From Pseudogymnoascus verrucosus (taxonomy: Eukaryota), in the NCBI GenBank assembly GCA_001662655.1, contig KV460258.1: DNA of 64,000 nucleotides, one strand, 5' to 3'. A program made the position numbers and the translations under genes. Of the stretch, positions 1 through 10,426 are shown one piece after another. A model generated the notes under the pieces. The model made no database searches. It had not been told where the DNA came from and was given only the letters and a program-made list of their open reading frames with translations. Every line of letters starts with the position of its first letter. Position 1 is the first letter of the stretch.

Positions 1-4
1 TTAG

Positions 5-339
5 TGTCAACAAGGGGATTGGATGTGGAACTGCATACGAGAACAGGCAACCATTAGTTAAAAAGAGGCTAGGGGGATTCTAGTATCACGTGATAGACTA
101 CGCAGGACCACAATGGTCCTATGTAGGTTAGGACTATAATGGACTTTAGCACGACGCTACTATATAAGTAGATAGATAGTTCTTAGATAGGAGCTTCGTG
201 CTTAACTTAATATAGTATTTTGTTATATACTATAACGTGTTTTACGAAAGCCTTTATGTCTAATCCCCTGCCTCCTCTGTTAAGTAAACTAACGTAACGA
301 AACCTCTATGAGTCTTATAGTTTAAGACCTAGCGTTACA
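5..339 (+). mobile_element. LTR of Ty3/Gypsy family A, copy 1
   Basis: Begins TGTCAAC at 5 and ends GCGTTACA at 339. Positions 144-339 are the reverse complement of 4160-4354 and 5885-6080. CACGTG near 87. Confidence 0.75.
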
Positions 340-344
340 CTTTA

Positions 345-3300
345 CGATAGGTTATTATAAAGTTGTAGGCTATAAGGGTTTCTACCTAGTAGACTTGTCT
401 ATAGTTCAAAACCTTAGTTGTAGTGAAGTATATAAGGTTCTTATAATCTATCTACACTTATATAGTGTAGGTAGATCCCTTAAGATATACACGCTACTGC
501 TTAAAGGTAACGACAATAGCTAGTAGCTCCTTGTTATAGATGTTATAGTTAAGCTCTATAGGTAACAGTTTCCTAGAGTAGTATGCAATTAGTTTAAACT
601 TACCGTTCTTGCCTAGCTAATTTAGACATGCTCTAATCACAAAATTAGAAGCGTCTAACTTAAGGACGATCTTCTTTATAGGGTTAAATGTCATAAGGAT
701 AGGTGCCTCTATAAACTTCGTTTTAAGTTCCTAGAAGGTAGCCTCTACTTTATCTGTCCATTTAAACACAAGATCCTTCTTAGTAAGCTCTATAAGTAGT
801 TGAGCTACCTTAGAATATCCTATAATGAACTAATAGTAGAAGTTAGCAAAGCCTAAGAAGGCTTATACTTCCTTAACTATAGTTAGTATTAGCCATTCTA
901 ATACTACTATAACCTTTGCTTAGTCTATCTTAATGCTATGCGTTCTAATAATGTAGCCTAAGAATTCGACTTAGTTCTTATAGAACTTACATTTCTCTAG
1001 CTTTAATAGTAGGTTGTATTCCTTTAGCTTCTAGAGGACAAGCTTAACATACTAAGCATGTTTGTCCTTATTTGCTAAGTATACTAGTATATCATCTAAG
1101 TAAACGATGGTGAATATGTCTAGATATTCATGTAAAGCGTTATTCATTAAGCGTTGTATAGATGTAGGGGCGTTAGTTAGCCTAAAGGGCATGACTTAAT
1201 ATTTAAATAGGCTATAGTAGGTATAGAATGCTGTTTTCTACTCCTTGCTGTTAGCTATCTAGATTAGGTTGTACGCGTTATGTAGATCTAGCTTAGTAAA
1301 GATCTTAGCTCCTTAGAATCTATTATGTAACTTATTAATTAATAGTAAGGCATATTAATCCTTTATCGTTATGTTGTTTAATGCTTAATAGTCTATGTAT
1401 AGTCGTTTACTCCTATCCTTCTTAGGAACCTATAACATTAGGCTTCCTATAGGAGATTTAGATAGTCTAATAAATCCTTTCTTAAGGTTATCGTTAATAT
1501 ACTCCTTTAGTAGTTTTAGTTCGTCTACTAACATCTAGTATATTAGTCTAAACAGTAGACTCTTTCCTTCTTCTAAGGGTATTACATAATCCTATAGTTA
1601 GTGCTTAGGAAGCGCCTCGTTCTTAGGGCCTTCCTAGAATAGCTACTTATATTCCTTATACTCTACTAGTATACTCGTTAGTAAAGGTGCCTAGGCTAGG
1701 TCACTAGGCTCTATAGAGGTTGCATACACCTTACGTTAGCCCTAGGAGGGTTGCTCCTATTATAGCGTGTCCGTTTGTTGTTTATATGCACACTAGCTCA
1801 TTATAACTTTCTTATTCTACTAGTTGATCTAAGGGTTGTGTTTCTTAAGCTATAGCATACTAAGGATACATATATAGTTGTCTATGTGTACAATATTAAA
1901 TTAGATCGTTTCCTTATGTCTACGTAGCATAATCATTTCTAATAGGGCTGTCTTATAGGTTACTATCCCTTTATTAGTTAAGATAGGCTCTCTATCTACT
2001 ACTATTAACAGGTAAGGATTAGTTTTTAATTGTATCTTAAAACCTTAAGTGTCTGCTACTTTCTTTGTTATAAAGTTGCTTGTTGCTCCTAAGTTAATTA
2101 TAGCTTAGAGGTGTTGCTATTATATCTTAGTAACTATATATAGTTGTATACTACCTTCTATAGCGCATAGCTACTTTATACTAGGCCTCTCTTTATCACT
2201 CGCTAGTAGCCTACCGTTAAGGACTCCTAGTTTTTTAACTCGTCTAAGGAGTAATAGTAATGTTCATTATCCTCTATAGGCAGTCCTTAGGAAGATAGTC
2301 CTCCCTATCCTTCTACTTCATCTAGTAGGTGTAGGTATTTCTTATATACCTATTATTGTTCCTTTAACATTAGTTCTCCTTTAGACTAACTTCGTCTAAG
2401 GGCATGAATTTAGTCTATATCTATAAAGTAGACCTAAGGTGCAATTTTTAGAAATAGTTAATACTAGGTCTTTTTCTATAGGTAACTCTTATAGTCATTG
2501 TACTTATAGTGTTCCTAGAATATATATAGGTGCTAGGGGTAATCAATCCTTAATGCATCTAACTTTGTTAATTCCTATTCTTCCTTTATCTTGCCTATAA
2601 GCTCGGATTTCCCTATAGTTACACGTAACCTTTCTACGTCTCCATTAGTAAGTTCATAGTCTATAGCAGCTTAGTCTGCTCGTAGTTCCTAGGGTTTAGG
2701 TCCCTAAGTGTCTTCCTACTATTCATCTTATGCATTATATTCTATAAGCTTGTATTTCAACTACATAGTAGCTTCCTTAGAGGTGTAGTTCGCTCCTTAA
2801 GGCTCCCTTCCTAGTAGGTACCTAGGGCAGCACCTTATAGTACAAACTACAACTTCCTAGTCTTGTTAAGTGCCTATCTATCCTATTAGGGGTAGTGGCA
2901 TAGGAATCGCTTAGGGGGTTCCTTTATAGAGCATGCTCTACCTATAGATATCTACTACTTCTAGTAGGTTCTCCTTAAACGTAATCCCCTTTACATCTTC
3001 TTTAAACTCTTTTAACCTAAGTTTCTAGGATTCCGTTAATCCCTTGTTTAGGCGTTCGTTTTCAATTTTAAGCAATGCATTAAACTCGTTAAGATCCTCA
3101 TCATCTAAACTCTGCCCTTCTAGGGTGCTAACACCATTAATCCCCTAATTAGGTTTGTTTATAAACGTAGCATTTAGTTGTCCCTTCTAAGTAGCATTAA
3201 GTTGTCTGCTAAACTTACGTCTACCGTTCCCCTTTTTAGGTTGTTTGCAATCTCTAGCTATATAGCTAGGTTTGTTATAATTAAAGCATAGCTACTCCTT

Positions 3301-4113
3301 AAGCTATCGCTCCTTATTAGGGTTATAGTGTCTTCTACTAGGTTTTAACGTAGCGTTAAGCTCTATAGGTTAGGGCTAATAGCTCTTTAGTGTCTTCCTT
3401 TTCTAAGTCTATTAGTAGCTAGATGCTCCTCCTTGTCTTTTAAGTTAGCGTTCATAGTAACGATTGTCGATTTTCTATACTATCTTAATGAGTTCCTTAA
3501 GGTCGTTAGGTTTGTTAGATTAAGAGATCTTGTCTTTTATATGATCCTTTAATCCCTTATAATACTAGTTGTATATAGCCTCGTCTCCCTAATAGGTAAG
3601 AGGGGCATGCTACTAAAACTTAGCAGTATACGTAACTATAGACCCTTTCTATCTAAGGGCCTAAATGGCTTGCACTACGTTCCTTCTCTCGTTAACATCT
3701 CTAAAGTTTGCCTTAAGTTACTTAATAGAGCCTACCTAAGTAATAAAGATGTCCTTAGTACCCTAGTTTGCTATTATAGTAACCCTTCTGTTAGCAGCAT
3801 AGTAGCTTATATAGTCGGTTAGGTAGTTAGCAATCTAGTCTAAGGCAGTACCCCTTAAGAGGGCTATAGCCTATAAGACTTACTATACTTTAAAGGTAAA
3901 GTGTTTAGCGTTAAAGGCTATCTACAACTCTATCTAGATAAGGAAACTCTTAAGCTTCTTACGATCTCTATTAAATGTATCTAGGAATGCAATCTTAAGT
4001 TTGTCTAAGGGGTGAGGCCCCCTAGGCGTAGGCGTAGTAGTAGGTAAAGGAATAGGCTCTATAGCTGCTTTTCCCTTCATCCTAACATTAGAAGTGGAAT
4101 CGTTTCCTACTAT
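345..4113 (-). mobile_element. RIP-inactivated Ty3/Gypsy gag-pol (gag, protease, RT, RNase H; integrase absent)
   Basis: Degraded motifs on the minus strand: gag KLKIAF.DTF..DRKKLKSFL (~4000-3940); CCHC knuckle CFN.NKP..IARDC (~3290-3245); protease I(N/D)xGATSNFI (~2100-2070); RT MPFxLTNAP and IVYLDDILVY (~1190-1080); RNase H DASNFVI and NY.I.NKELLAIV (~655-510). Many TAA/TAG stops derived from CAA/CAG/TGG. Confidence 0.92.
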
Positions 4114-4159
4114 ATTGCTTTATGTATAAGCTAGTACCTTATAGAAGTAGTACTTAAAG

Positions 4160-4610
4160 TGTAACGCTAGGTCTTAAACTATAAGACTTATAGAGGTTTC
4201 ATTACGTTAGTTTACTTAATAGAGGAGGTAGGGGATTAGACACAAAGGCTTTTATAAAACACGTTATAGTATATAACAAATACTATATTAAGTTAAGCAC
4301 GAAGCTCCTATCTAAGAACTATCTATCTACTTATATAGTAGCGTTATGCTAAAGGGAATAGTTAGAATAGTAGACTCTCTAACTATTCTTACTATTCCTA
4401 CTAATCTAATTACGTGTATGTCCTATAAGGGTGCTATACTTATTATAGGTACTGATTCCCATAGGTGCCTTTCTAAGGAGGCACCTTGCTCTACATAGGT
4501 GCCTTTCCTAATAGGTACCTCTCTTTAGCTAGGTACCTTCTAAGAAAGGTACCTTTTCCTAAAGGTGCCCTCATTAACTAAGCTACCTATAATCTCTACG
4601 TCCATTTCCT
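4160..4610 (-). mobile_element. 5' LTR of the Gypsy element (family A, copy 2)
   Basis: TGTAAC at 4160 is the LTR end on the minus strand, followed by a ~46-nt leader and the gag start (ATA, a RIP-mutated ATG) at 4113. The distal boundary is approximate. Confidence 0.75.
4447..4570. repeat. Phased array of the palindromic core AGGYRCCT
   Basis: Cores start at 4447, 4463, 4479, 4497, 4513, 4531, 4547 and 4563, a 16/18-bp spacing with variable spacers. Confidence 0.85.
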
Positions 4611-4874
4611 ACTACTAATTAGCTGTAAGCTATTTTACTTTATTACTCTATCTTGCAGCATATAGGTTGTATGTTTTAGCTGTAACACAAACCCTAATCT
4701 ACTAGTTATCTATAAGTTCTCTAAGGTTATAGCTATGTAAAGTTGTTAGGTCTCTACTTTAAAATGTCACTAAGTTATAGTTAGTAGTATTTTAACAGTT
4801 CTCCTAAGTCGTTCTAGTTATAGGATATTATTTACATATAGCTATCCCTAGTAAGTATAATCTTTTTTATATAA

Positions 4875-5416
4875 TGTAAGGACATAGGGCACTATATTAT
4901 AAGGAGTTATATATAGGAGTATAAGTTAGATATAAGTTAGTACAATCCTATAGGTCTATTATAAAGGATATAAAAAAGATAAAGATGCAACCCTCTATAG
5001 CTATGCCCCTAAATACCTAAAACTGCTCTAACTTAGCTAACTCCCTATTTACCTAAGGCTTCCTTTTACTATGTGCCTAAGGCTGTTAGTTACAACTGCC
5101 CTATAATGGCCCTAAGTCTTAATAGCGCTACATAACAGCTATAACTAACCTAAGTTAGGAGGCATCCTTATAGACTTAGGGTAGTTATAGTTTAATTGCA
5201 ACTATAAGCCTTAGGCACATAGTATAAGGAAGCCTTAGGTAAATAGGGGGTTAGTTAAGTTAGAGGGGTTTTAGGTATAGAAGGAAATAGGAATAGAGGG
5301 TTCCCCCTTTATCTTTTTTATATCCTTTATAGTAGACCTATAGGATTATACTAACTTATATCTAACTTACACTCCTATATGTAACTCCTTATAATATAGT
5401 ACCCTATGTCCTTATA
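4875..5416. mobile_element. 542-bp foldback element (long inverted repeat, MITE-like)
   Basis: Termini TGTAAGG...CCTTATA (RIP form of CCTTACA). About 4875-5120 pairs with about 5173-5416; the outer ~105 bp differ only by transitions. No target-site duplication is visible. Confidence 0.85.
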
Positions 5417-5452
5417 GTTCTTATAGTTCTATTATATAGGGATCTTATAAGG

Positions 5453-5598
5453 AGGTGCCCCTAAATAGTCTAGTACCTACTCTATCTAGTACCTAGTAAT
5501 AGTTAGGTACCTAGAAAGGGTTAGGTGCCTACTCTATCTAGTACCTAGCCATTTCTAGGTGCCTAGGAATTCTCTAGTACCTATAGAAGTAGGTGCCT
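5453..5598. repeat. Second phased array of AGGTGCCT/TAGTACCT cores
   Basis: Cores at 5453, 5471, 5487, 5505, 5523, 5539, 5557, 5575 and 5591 (spacings 18,16,18,18,16,18,18,16). Confidence 0.85.
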
Positions 5599-5719
5599 AA
5601 GAAAACTCTATTACCTAATGTTAACCCTACCTTAAGAGTAGTTAAATTGCTAACATGTTCATTACTAACATAACTAGCATGTTAGCAAAAGTGCAGCTAT
5701 AAACGCTAGCTGTAACATA

Positions 5720-6305
5720 TAGGGCTTAGGCATCTAAACCTTAACAACTTACTTATTTATAATAGTAGCTATTACTATAGCTACTAGAGCTAGGGGGGCA
5801 GTTAGCTCTAGGGACTTACTCTTTCTAATAGAAGACATATTACTTTATATATAAGCTAGTACCTTATAGAAGTAGTGCTTAAAGTGTAACACTAGGTCTT
5901 AACTATAAGACTTATAAAGGTTTTATTACATTAGTTTACTTAATAGAGGAGGTAGGGGATTATATATAAAGGCTTTTATAAAACACGTTATAGTATGTAA
6001 TAAATACTATATTAAGTTAAGTACAAAGCTCCTATCTAAGAACTAACCCTATTTACTTATATAGTAGCATTATACTAAAGTAATATAAGGATAGTAATAG
6101 ATATAATACTATACCTATATATCTAATATATCTAATATATCTAATCATATGATTTCTCTTCTAGGAGAGTTCTTCTAGGAGACTAACTCTTCTAGGAGAA
6201 CTCTTCTAAGAGCCTATTACTTCTAAAAGAACTCTTCTAGGAGACTTCTCCTAGGAGCGTTTTTCTAAGCAAACCTATATCCCTATAATCTACGTCTAAA
6301 ACACT
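5720..6305 (-). mobile_element. Family A LTR copy 3 with leader and a short gag-like 5' fragment
   Basis: 5838-6080 is a direct repeat of 4113-4354, with TGTAAC at 5885 and ATG at 5838. The reading frame after the ATG differs from the gag that follows copy 2. Outer boundaries are approximate. Confidence 0.75.
6158..6257. repeat. Phased array of the quasi-palindrome CTYCTAGGAG
   Basis: Cores at 6158, 6172, 6189, 6203, 6220, 6234 and 6248 (spacings 14,17,14,17,14,14). Confidence 0.85.
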
Positions 6306-6399
6306 ATAACTTAGATTACTCTATTAATTAATGTGTTAGTATAAGGGTTATAGAAACCTACTATAACAACTATACTACTTCCTCCTTAAGTTATAGTCT

Positions 6400-6769
6400 A
6401 TATAAAGTCTAGAATTAGCCAAATAGGTTGTAGAAGTGTAGGGGGTCTTTTAAAGAAGGATTAATATACTCCTATACTCCTGTTTTCATTAAGGCTGTTT
6501 TAATCGTCTCTAGCCACTTATCCTAGTCTCTTAGGTTAGTAAGGACTACCCCTACCTTCTATAGGGCTGCCATCTTAGATAGATAGGCTCTTAGGAGGGG
6601 TTTATAGGTCTGTACGATGTTCGAATACCTTTAAATTGCGTGTTGGATTTACTCTAGGCTTATAACTATTAAGTAATAAATTGTATGTATTGCTGACTAT
6701 GTAATCTACTCCTAGGATTTACCGATATTCAGTACGGAGATCACGTGAGATCATGTGACTATTACAACA
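6400..6769 (-). mobile_element. Ty1/Copia 5' fragment (short LTR, PBS-like site, gag N-terminus), RIP-mutated
   Basis: LTR-like segment 6667-6769 (TATT for TGTT...AACA). The minus strand then reads AGTTATAAGCC, resembling the fungal Copia GGTTATGAGCC junction. ATG at ~6574 starts MAA..KVGVVLT.LRD*DKWLETIKTA.MKTGV*EYINPS, a Copia gag W..W...VWEYINP pattern. Confidence 0.65.
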
Positions 6770-7233
6770 CCTACTGTGGAGCGGCGGCCCTTACTGAGGG
6801 CCACGGAGTAGAAATAGGACTGGGAGCCTGAAGACGAGGCTCTCTAGTCAATAGTCGCTGTATATACGTAGCCTATTGTTCTTATAGTATACGATACCTT
6901 CCTGCCTCCTGACCTAGTTCCCTGGACTCCTGTGAGACCCTTAGGCTTACGCTTTACACCTGGCACATCCTAAAGCCGAGTATTAAGCTGTAAGGCGGCA
7001 CGTCACGTGGCCTCACGTGGGCGACGACCTTGACTCAGGGGAAGCCCTACTATAGAGCAGCGGCCCTTACTAAGGGCCACGGAGTAGAAATAGGACTGGG
7101 AGCCTAAAGACGAGGCTCTCTAGTTAATAGTCGCTATATCTACGTAGCCTATTGTTCTTATAGTATACGATACCTTCCTGCCTCCTAACCTAGTTCCCTA
7201 GACTCTATAAGACCCTTTAGACTACGCTTTATA
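6770..7233 (+). mobile_element. Two direct LTR copies of family B: 6770-6958 (5'-truncated) and 6989-7233 (complete)
   Basis: ~188-bp direct repeat. Copy 2 runs TGTAAGG...TTTATA and copy 1 ends TTTACA; the two are 30 bp apart. Most differences are TG>TA or CA>TA. Confidence 0.8.
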
Positions 7234-7299
7234 ATTCTATTAACTCTACCCCTATCTAGCCTACTAGTTAGGATAGTAAGTCTAGAAAAACAAATCACT

Positions 7300-7996
7300 T
7301 AGGCAGCCACTAAAGGAACGGCTCTAGTAGAATCCATAGAGCTAAGGATGAAGATATTACCAAGGTTGATAACGGCTAGGTAGAGCTAGAGAACTGTGTT
7401 AAAGAGTAGATCTATAAAGTTAATAGCTGTTGTTTTAGCCACAGGCATTAATAAACCTATAATAGAAAACGTCTGTAACTTAGAAGCAAAACTAATAGAG
7501 GCTTAAAAGAAACTAGTTACATTTTCTTACACACAAATAAAAGGTTGTAAATATGATAGCGACAATGGTCGTGCTGGTTTGTCTCTGCATATGACGCCTT
7601 CTAGGATTTAGGCGTCTATTTCTTAACGCATTTCGGTTACCATAGAGAGCAGCGTGCTCACATGCTCCGGGTGCAACTGTTCCTAGGTAATCGACACGAA
7701 TCAACGAAGTAGATACCGCTATTTTGCGCGCGATGACATATTTGAAAATAAGATCTTACAATTACAATTCGTGGGACGATTCGTTTGACGTGGGCCCGTG
7801 CCACATATTTCCCCTCACGAACCGCAACCCTGTCTGGGCGGCCCTGGAGATTATAGAGCCAAGTAACCTGAAGACCTTCTTCGGCCCAAGTTTCGGCATT
7901 AAAAAGACAATGACAACCAAAGCTGTCGGGCGGTTCCTTATGACAAACAAACATCAGGAACTCCTCGTTAATAACCCCTCATACGAACTAGAATGA
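7300..7996 (+). pseudogene. Possible RIP-damaged remnant of an unknown gene
   Basis: One frame (GTALVESIELRMKILPRLITA...GRAGLSLHMTPSRI*ASIS*RISVTIES...) has coding-like composition with scattered TAA/TAG stops. No family recognised. Confidence 0.3.
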
Positions 7997-8527
7997 ATCA
8001 GTGAATCAGTGACCACAGACTTCTCATCGATAACCCCTCAATTGAATGGATTATGGCGGGGCTTCCCCAGGAAAGCCTTCCCCGGGGCCTTGTCAGGGGA
8101 TTCCCCCGGATTTCCCTTATAGCGTATTCCACATTTCCTAGGGAAATTCACCTGACGCCGGGGGAAGTACGCCCGACGCGGCGGGTCGAGCTGAGGTACT
8201 GTAATTACGTAGCGTTGATCTCTAAAGGTATCTGACCTAGTGTTAGTTTTAGTTCACTGTAGCGTTGTTTATGCGGGATAAGTGGATCTCCTTCTCCGCA
8301 AGGTAATTTACCTGTGGAATGATAGAATATCTATAAGACTGGATTCTCACGAGGCATGTACAATCTATATAAAGCGACGTATTCGTCGCTATTTATTTTA
8401 TAGAGATCAAGCCTTCAACTACCTCACGGAACGATCAACTTGCTTCGAAGTGAACATTACCCAACGGACACTTTAAGGCAATCCACTCACAAGCACGGAG
8501 GTGATTGACAACAACCCAACAGCCACA

Positions 8528-9373
8528 ATGAAACCGACTCAGATCATCCCTGCGATAACATTCTCGACGCTCGTAGCGTCCGTCTCCGCACGAGCGGTTT
8601 TTAACGCCAACTACGAAGACGGCAGCGTGAGCTCCGGATACCCGACGACAGGCTCCTACCGAGTCGACGTTCCTGGCATCGAACCAGGCTCCGCCACGGC
8701 TAAGGACGCTTTCTACGTAGTGGCCGGTGGCGCCCACGACACTGCTTTTGCCATCGCGAACAAGGTGGTTTTAGATGACCTGACGTATGTCGGCAACGGT
8801 TTCCCTCGTAGTGAATTCGGAATCGGTGGCTTCCCAGGGGCCATCTATAAGGACGGCGACCACGGCAAATACAGCTTCAGCATGCTGTTCAAGGATCTCG
8901 TGCCTTCCGTGAAGGGAACACGCGATGCGCCTGCAGAGGACGTGGTTTGGCAGTTCAAACATCACGGCGGCGGACACGATCTTCATCTCGCGCTTATAGG
9001 TAAGAATCTCGCGCTGGGCTGGGGCGGGAATGTCTATAAGCAAGTGGTCATCAACGATGTCATGCCGTATGTAAACCAATGGATGGATTTTCGCTTCGAC
9101 GTACTGTGGAAGAGCGACAAAACAGGCCAGTTCACTTTCGACATGAAATTGCCCGGAGAATGCAGGTTTGGGCATACCGTCACTAAGAAGAATCTTCAAA
9201 CTTATGTGACCGCGAGTCCCGATGGCACGCCGTGGACAGGCAACGGCTCGATCCAGTATGGCGTGTATCGCCATTCGGCCAATTCTACAGCTGGCGACGC
9301 GAAGACGCTCATCGTCTACCACGATGAAATCACGGCGATTAACTTCAACAACAAGCCGGACCCTTTCAACTAG
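8528..9373 (+). CDS. Secreted polysaccharide-lyase-like beta-jelly-roll protein (Polysacc_lyase / heparin lyase I-like), intronless
   Basis: Signal peptide MKPTQIIPAITFSTLVASVSA. Motifs PRSE, VVWQFKH, NQWMDFRFDVLW, IQYGVYR and IVYHDEI occur in the order typical of this fold. About 281 aa. Confidence 0.7.
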   Translation: MKPTQIIPAITFSTLVASVSARAVFNANYEDGSVSSGYPTTGSYRVDVPGIEPGSATAKDAFYVVAGGAHDTAFAIANKVVLDDLTYVGNGFPRSEFGIGGFPGAIYKDGDHGKYSFSMLFKDLVPSVKGTRDAPAEDVVWQFKHHGGGHDLHLALIGKNLALGWGGNVYKQVVINDVMPYVNQWMDFRFDVLWKSDKTGQFTFDMKLPGECRFGHTVTKKNLQTYVTASPDGTPWTGNGSIQYGVYRHSANSTAGDAKTLIVYHDEITAINFNNKPDPFN

Positions 9374-10426
9374 GGCATGCATGGCTGGAAGGGATCAAGG
9401 TGCTCTCGAACGAAAGCTTGCACTTCGCTCACTACGGCCAGCTAAAGATTTACCTAGGTGAAGTGTGAAGTGGCAGCGATTCGAGATTCTTCAGGCCACA
9501 GCTTAGAGCACCGCGCCCTTGGAAGCTGGCGACTCGGTTACATGGAAGGACTGGCGAATGTATGGCAGGCATGCACCGGTGGTCTACGGTCGGACGTTAG
9601 CTAGAGTATGCAAATGGTAGAAATACAAAATGTTGGAAAACCAGAATCGAACACAGAAGGTCTAGAGCTGCAGTTGCAGATAGAATGTGCCCTCAAGATT
9701 ATGTAGCCAGCCCACTGTTTGAATCTTGATAGCTTCATAATGGGTCTCGTAATTACCTTATAGTTATTCCATCCTGACTCCTTTCATGCCGCAGCAGCTC
9801 CTGCCTGCCCACAACTTGCTTCGTGCAGAGGTTCCAAAAGGATCCTAAAATATGAAAGCGTCTTTCATCGAGACCATCTGGTGGTGAGGGACGCTCAATA
9901 CCGTCGGTCGAGAGCATCGGGTAAGGCCATCAAGAGACACAATTGGTGGTGCCCCTCAGGTTTGGGATGGTGGAATAAACATGGTTGGTTAACCCCTGTC
10001 AATCGCTCCACCACACTGCGAGGGCCCATACATTTTAATGGCACTCGAGAGTACGTACCGCCGGTATGTACTGACCCGCTATGTCATCTTGAAGTTGCAC
10101 TACTGATAAGTCGGTAGGCATGAGGATTTGGCAACCCCAGCAGAAGCATCCCAATGTGCGAACCTAGGATACGTTACAGTATGAGTCACCATGTTCTGTT
10201 ACCTTCTATAGTCTTCTATACCTAAGATTTTTGGTCCTCTCACAATATATACATAATTGCGTCCCCCCTTTCAAAAACCATTCTCGATCGCTACCTTCTC
10301 CTTTCCCCTAACTGATAACTAGGGGCGTCTACAAGCTACATCGTCTCATGAACCTGCTTCTATCCTCTAATCCTAATCAGCAATTTGCATTTCATCGTTC
10401 CTCCCAATTTCTCTTCGCTATTTAGT

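Noticed and set aside
3607..3822. 71-aa plus-strand ORF
   Set aside because: Chance frame antisense to the RIP-mutated gag.
4447..6257. CRISPR array reading of the phased repeats
   Set aside because: Cores are 8-10 bp and spacers 4-10 bp, there are no cas genes, and the context is fungal LTR DNA.
6770..7233. TRIM (miniature retrotransposon) with 184-bp LTRs and a 90-bp interior
   Set aside because: The repeat extends upstream of the apparent TG; copy 2 more likely starts at TGTAAGG 6989 and copy 1 is cut by the Copia LTR. No TSD or PBS.
8771..9382. 203-aa antisense ORF
   Set aside because: Shadow of the GC-rich lyase-like gene with no recognisable motif.
8053..10178. Possible solo-LTR remnants at ~8053-8260 and ~9900-10178 (the latter ending CCTAGGATACGTTACA)
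   Set aside because: Only short resemblance to LTR ends; no second copy or TSD in the window.
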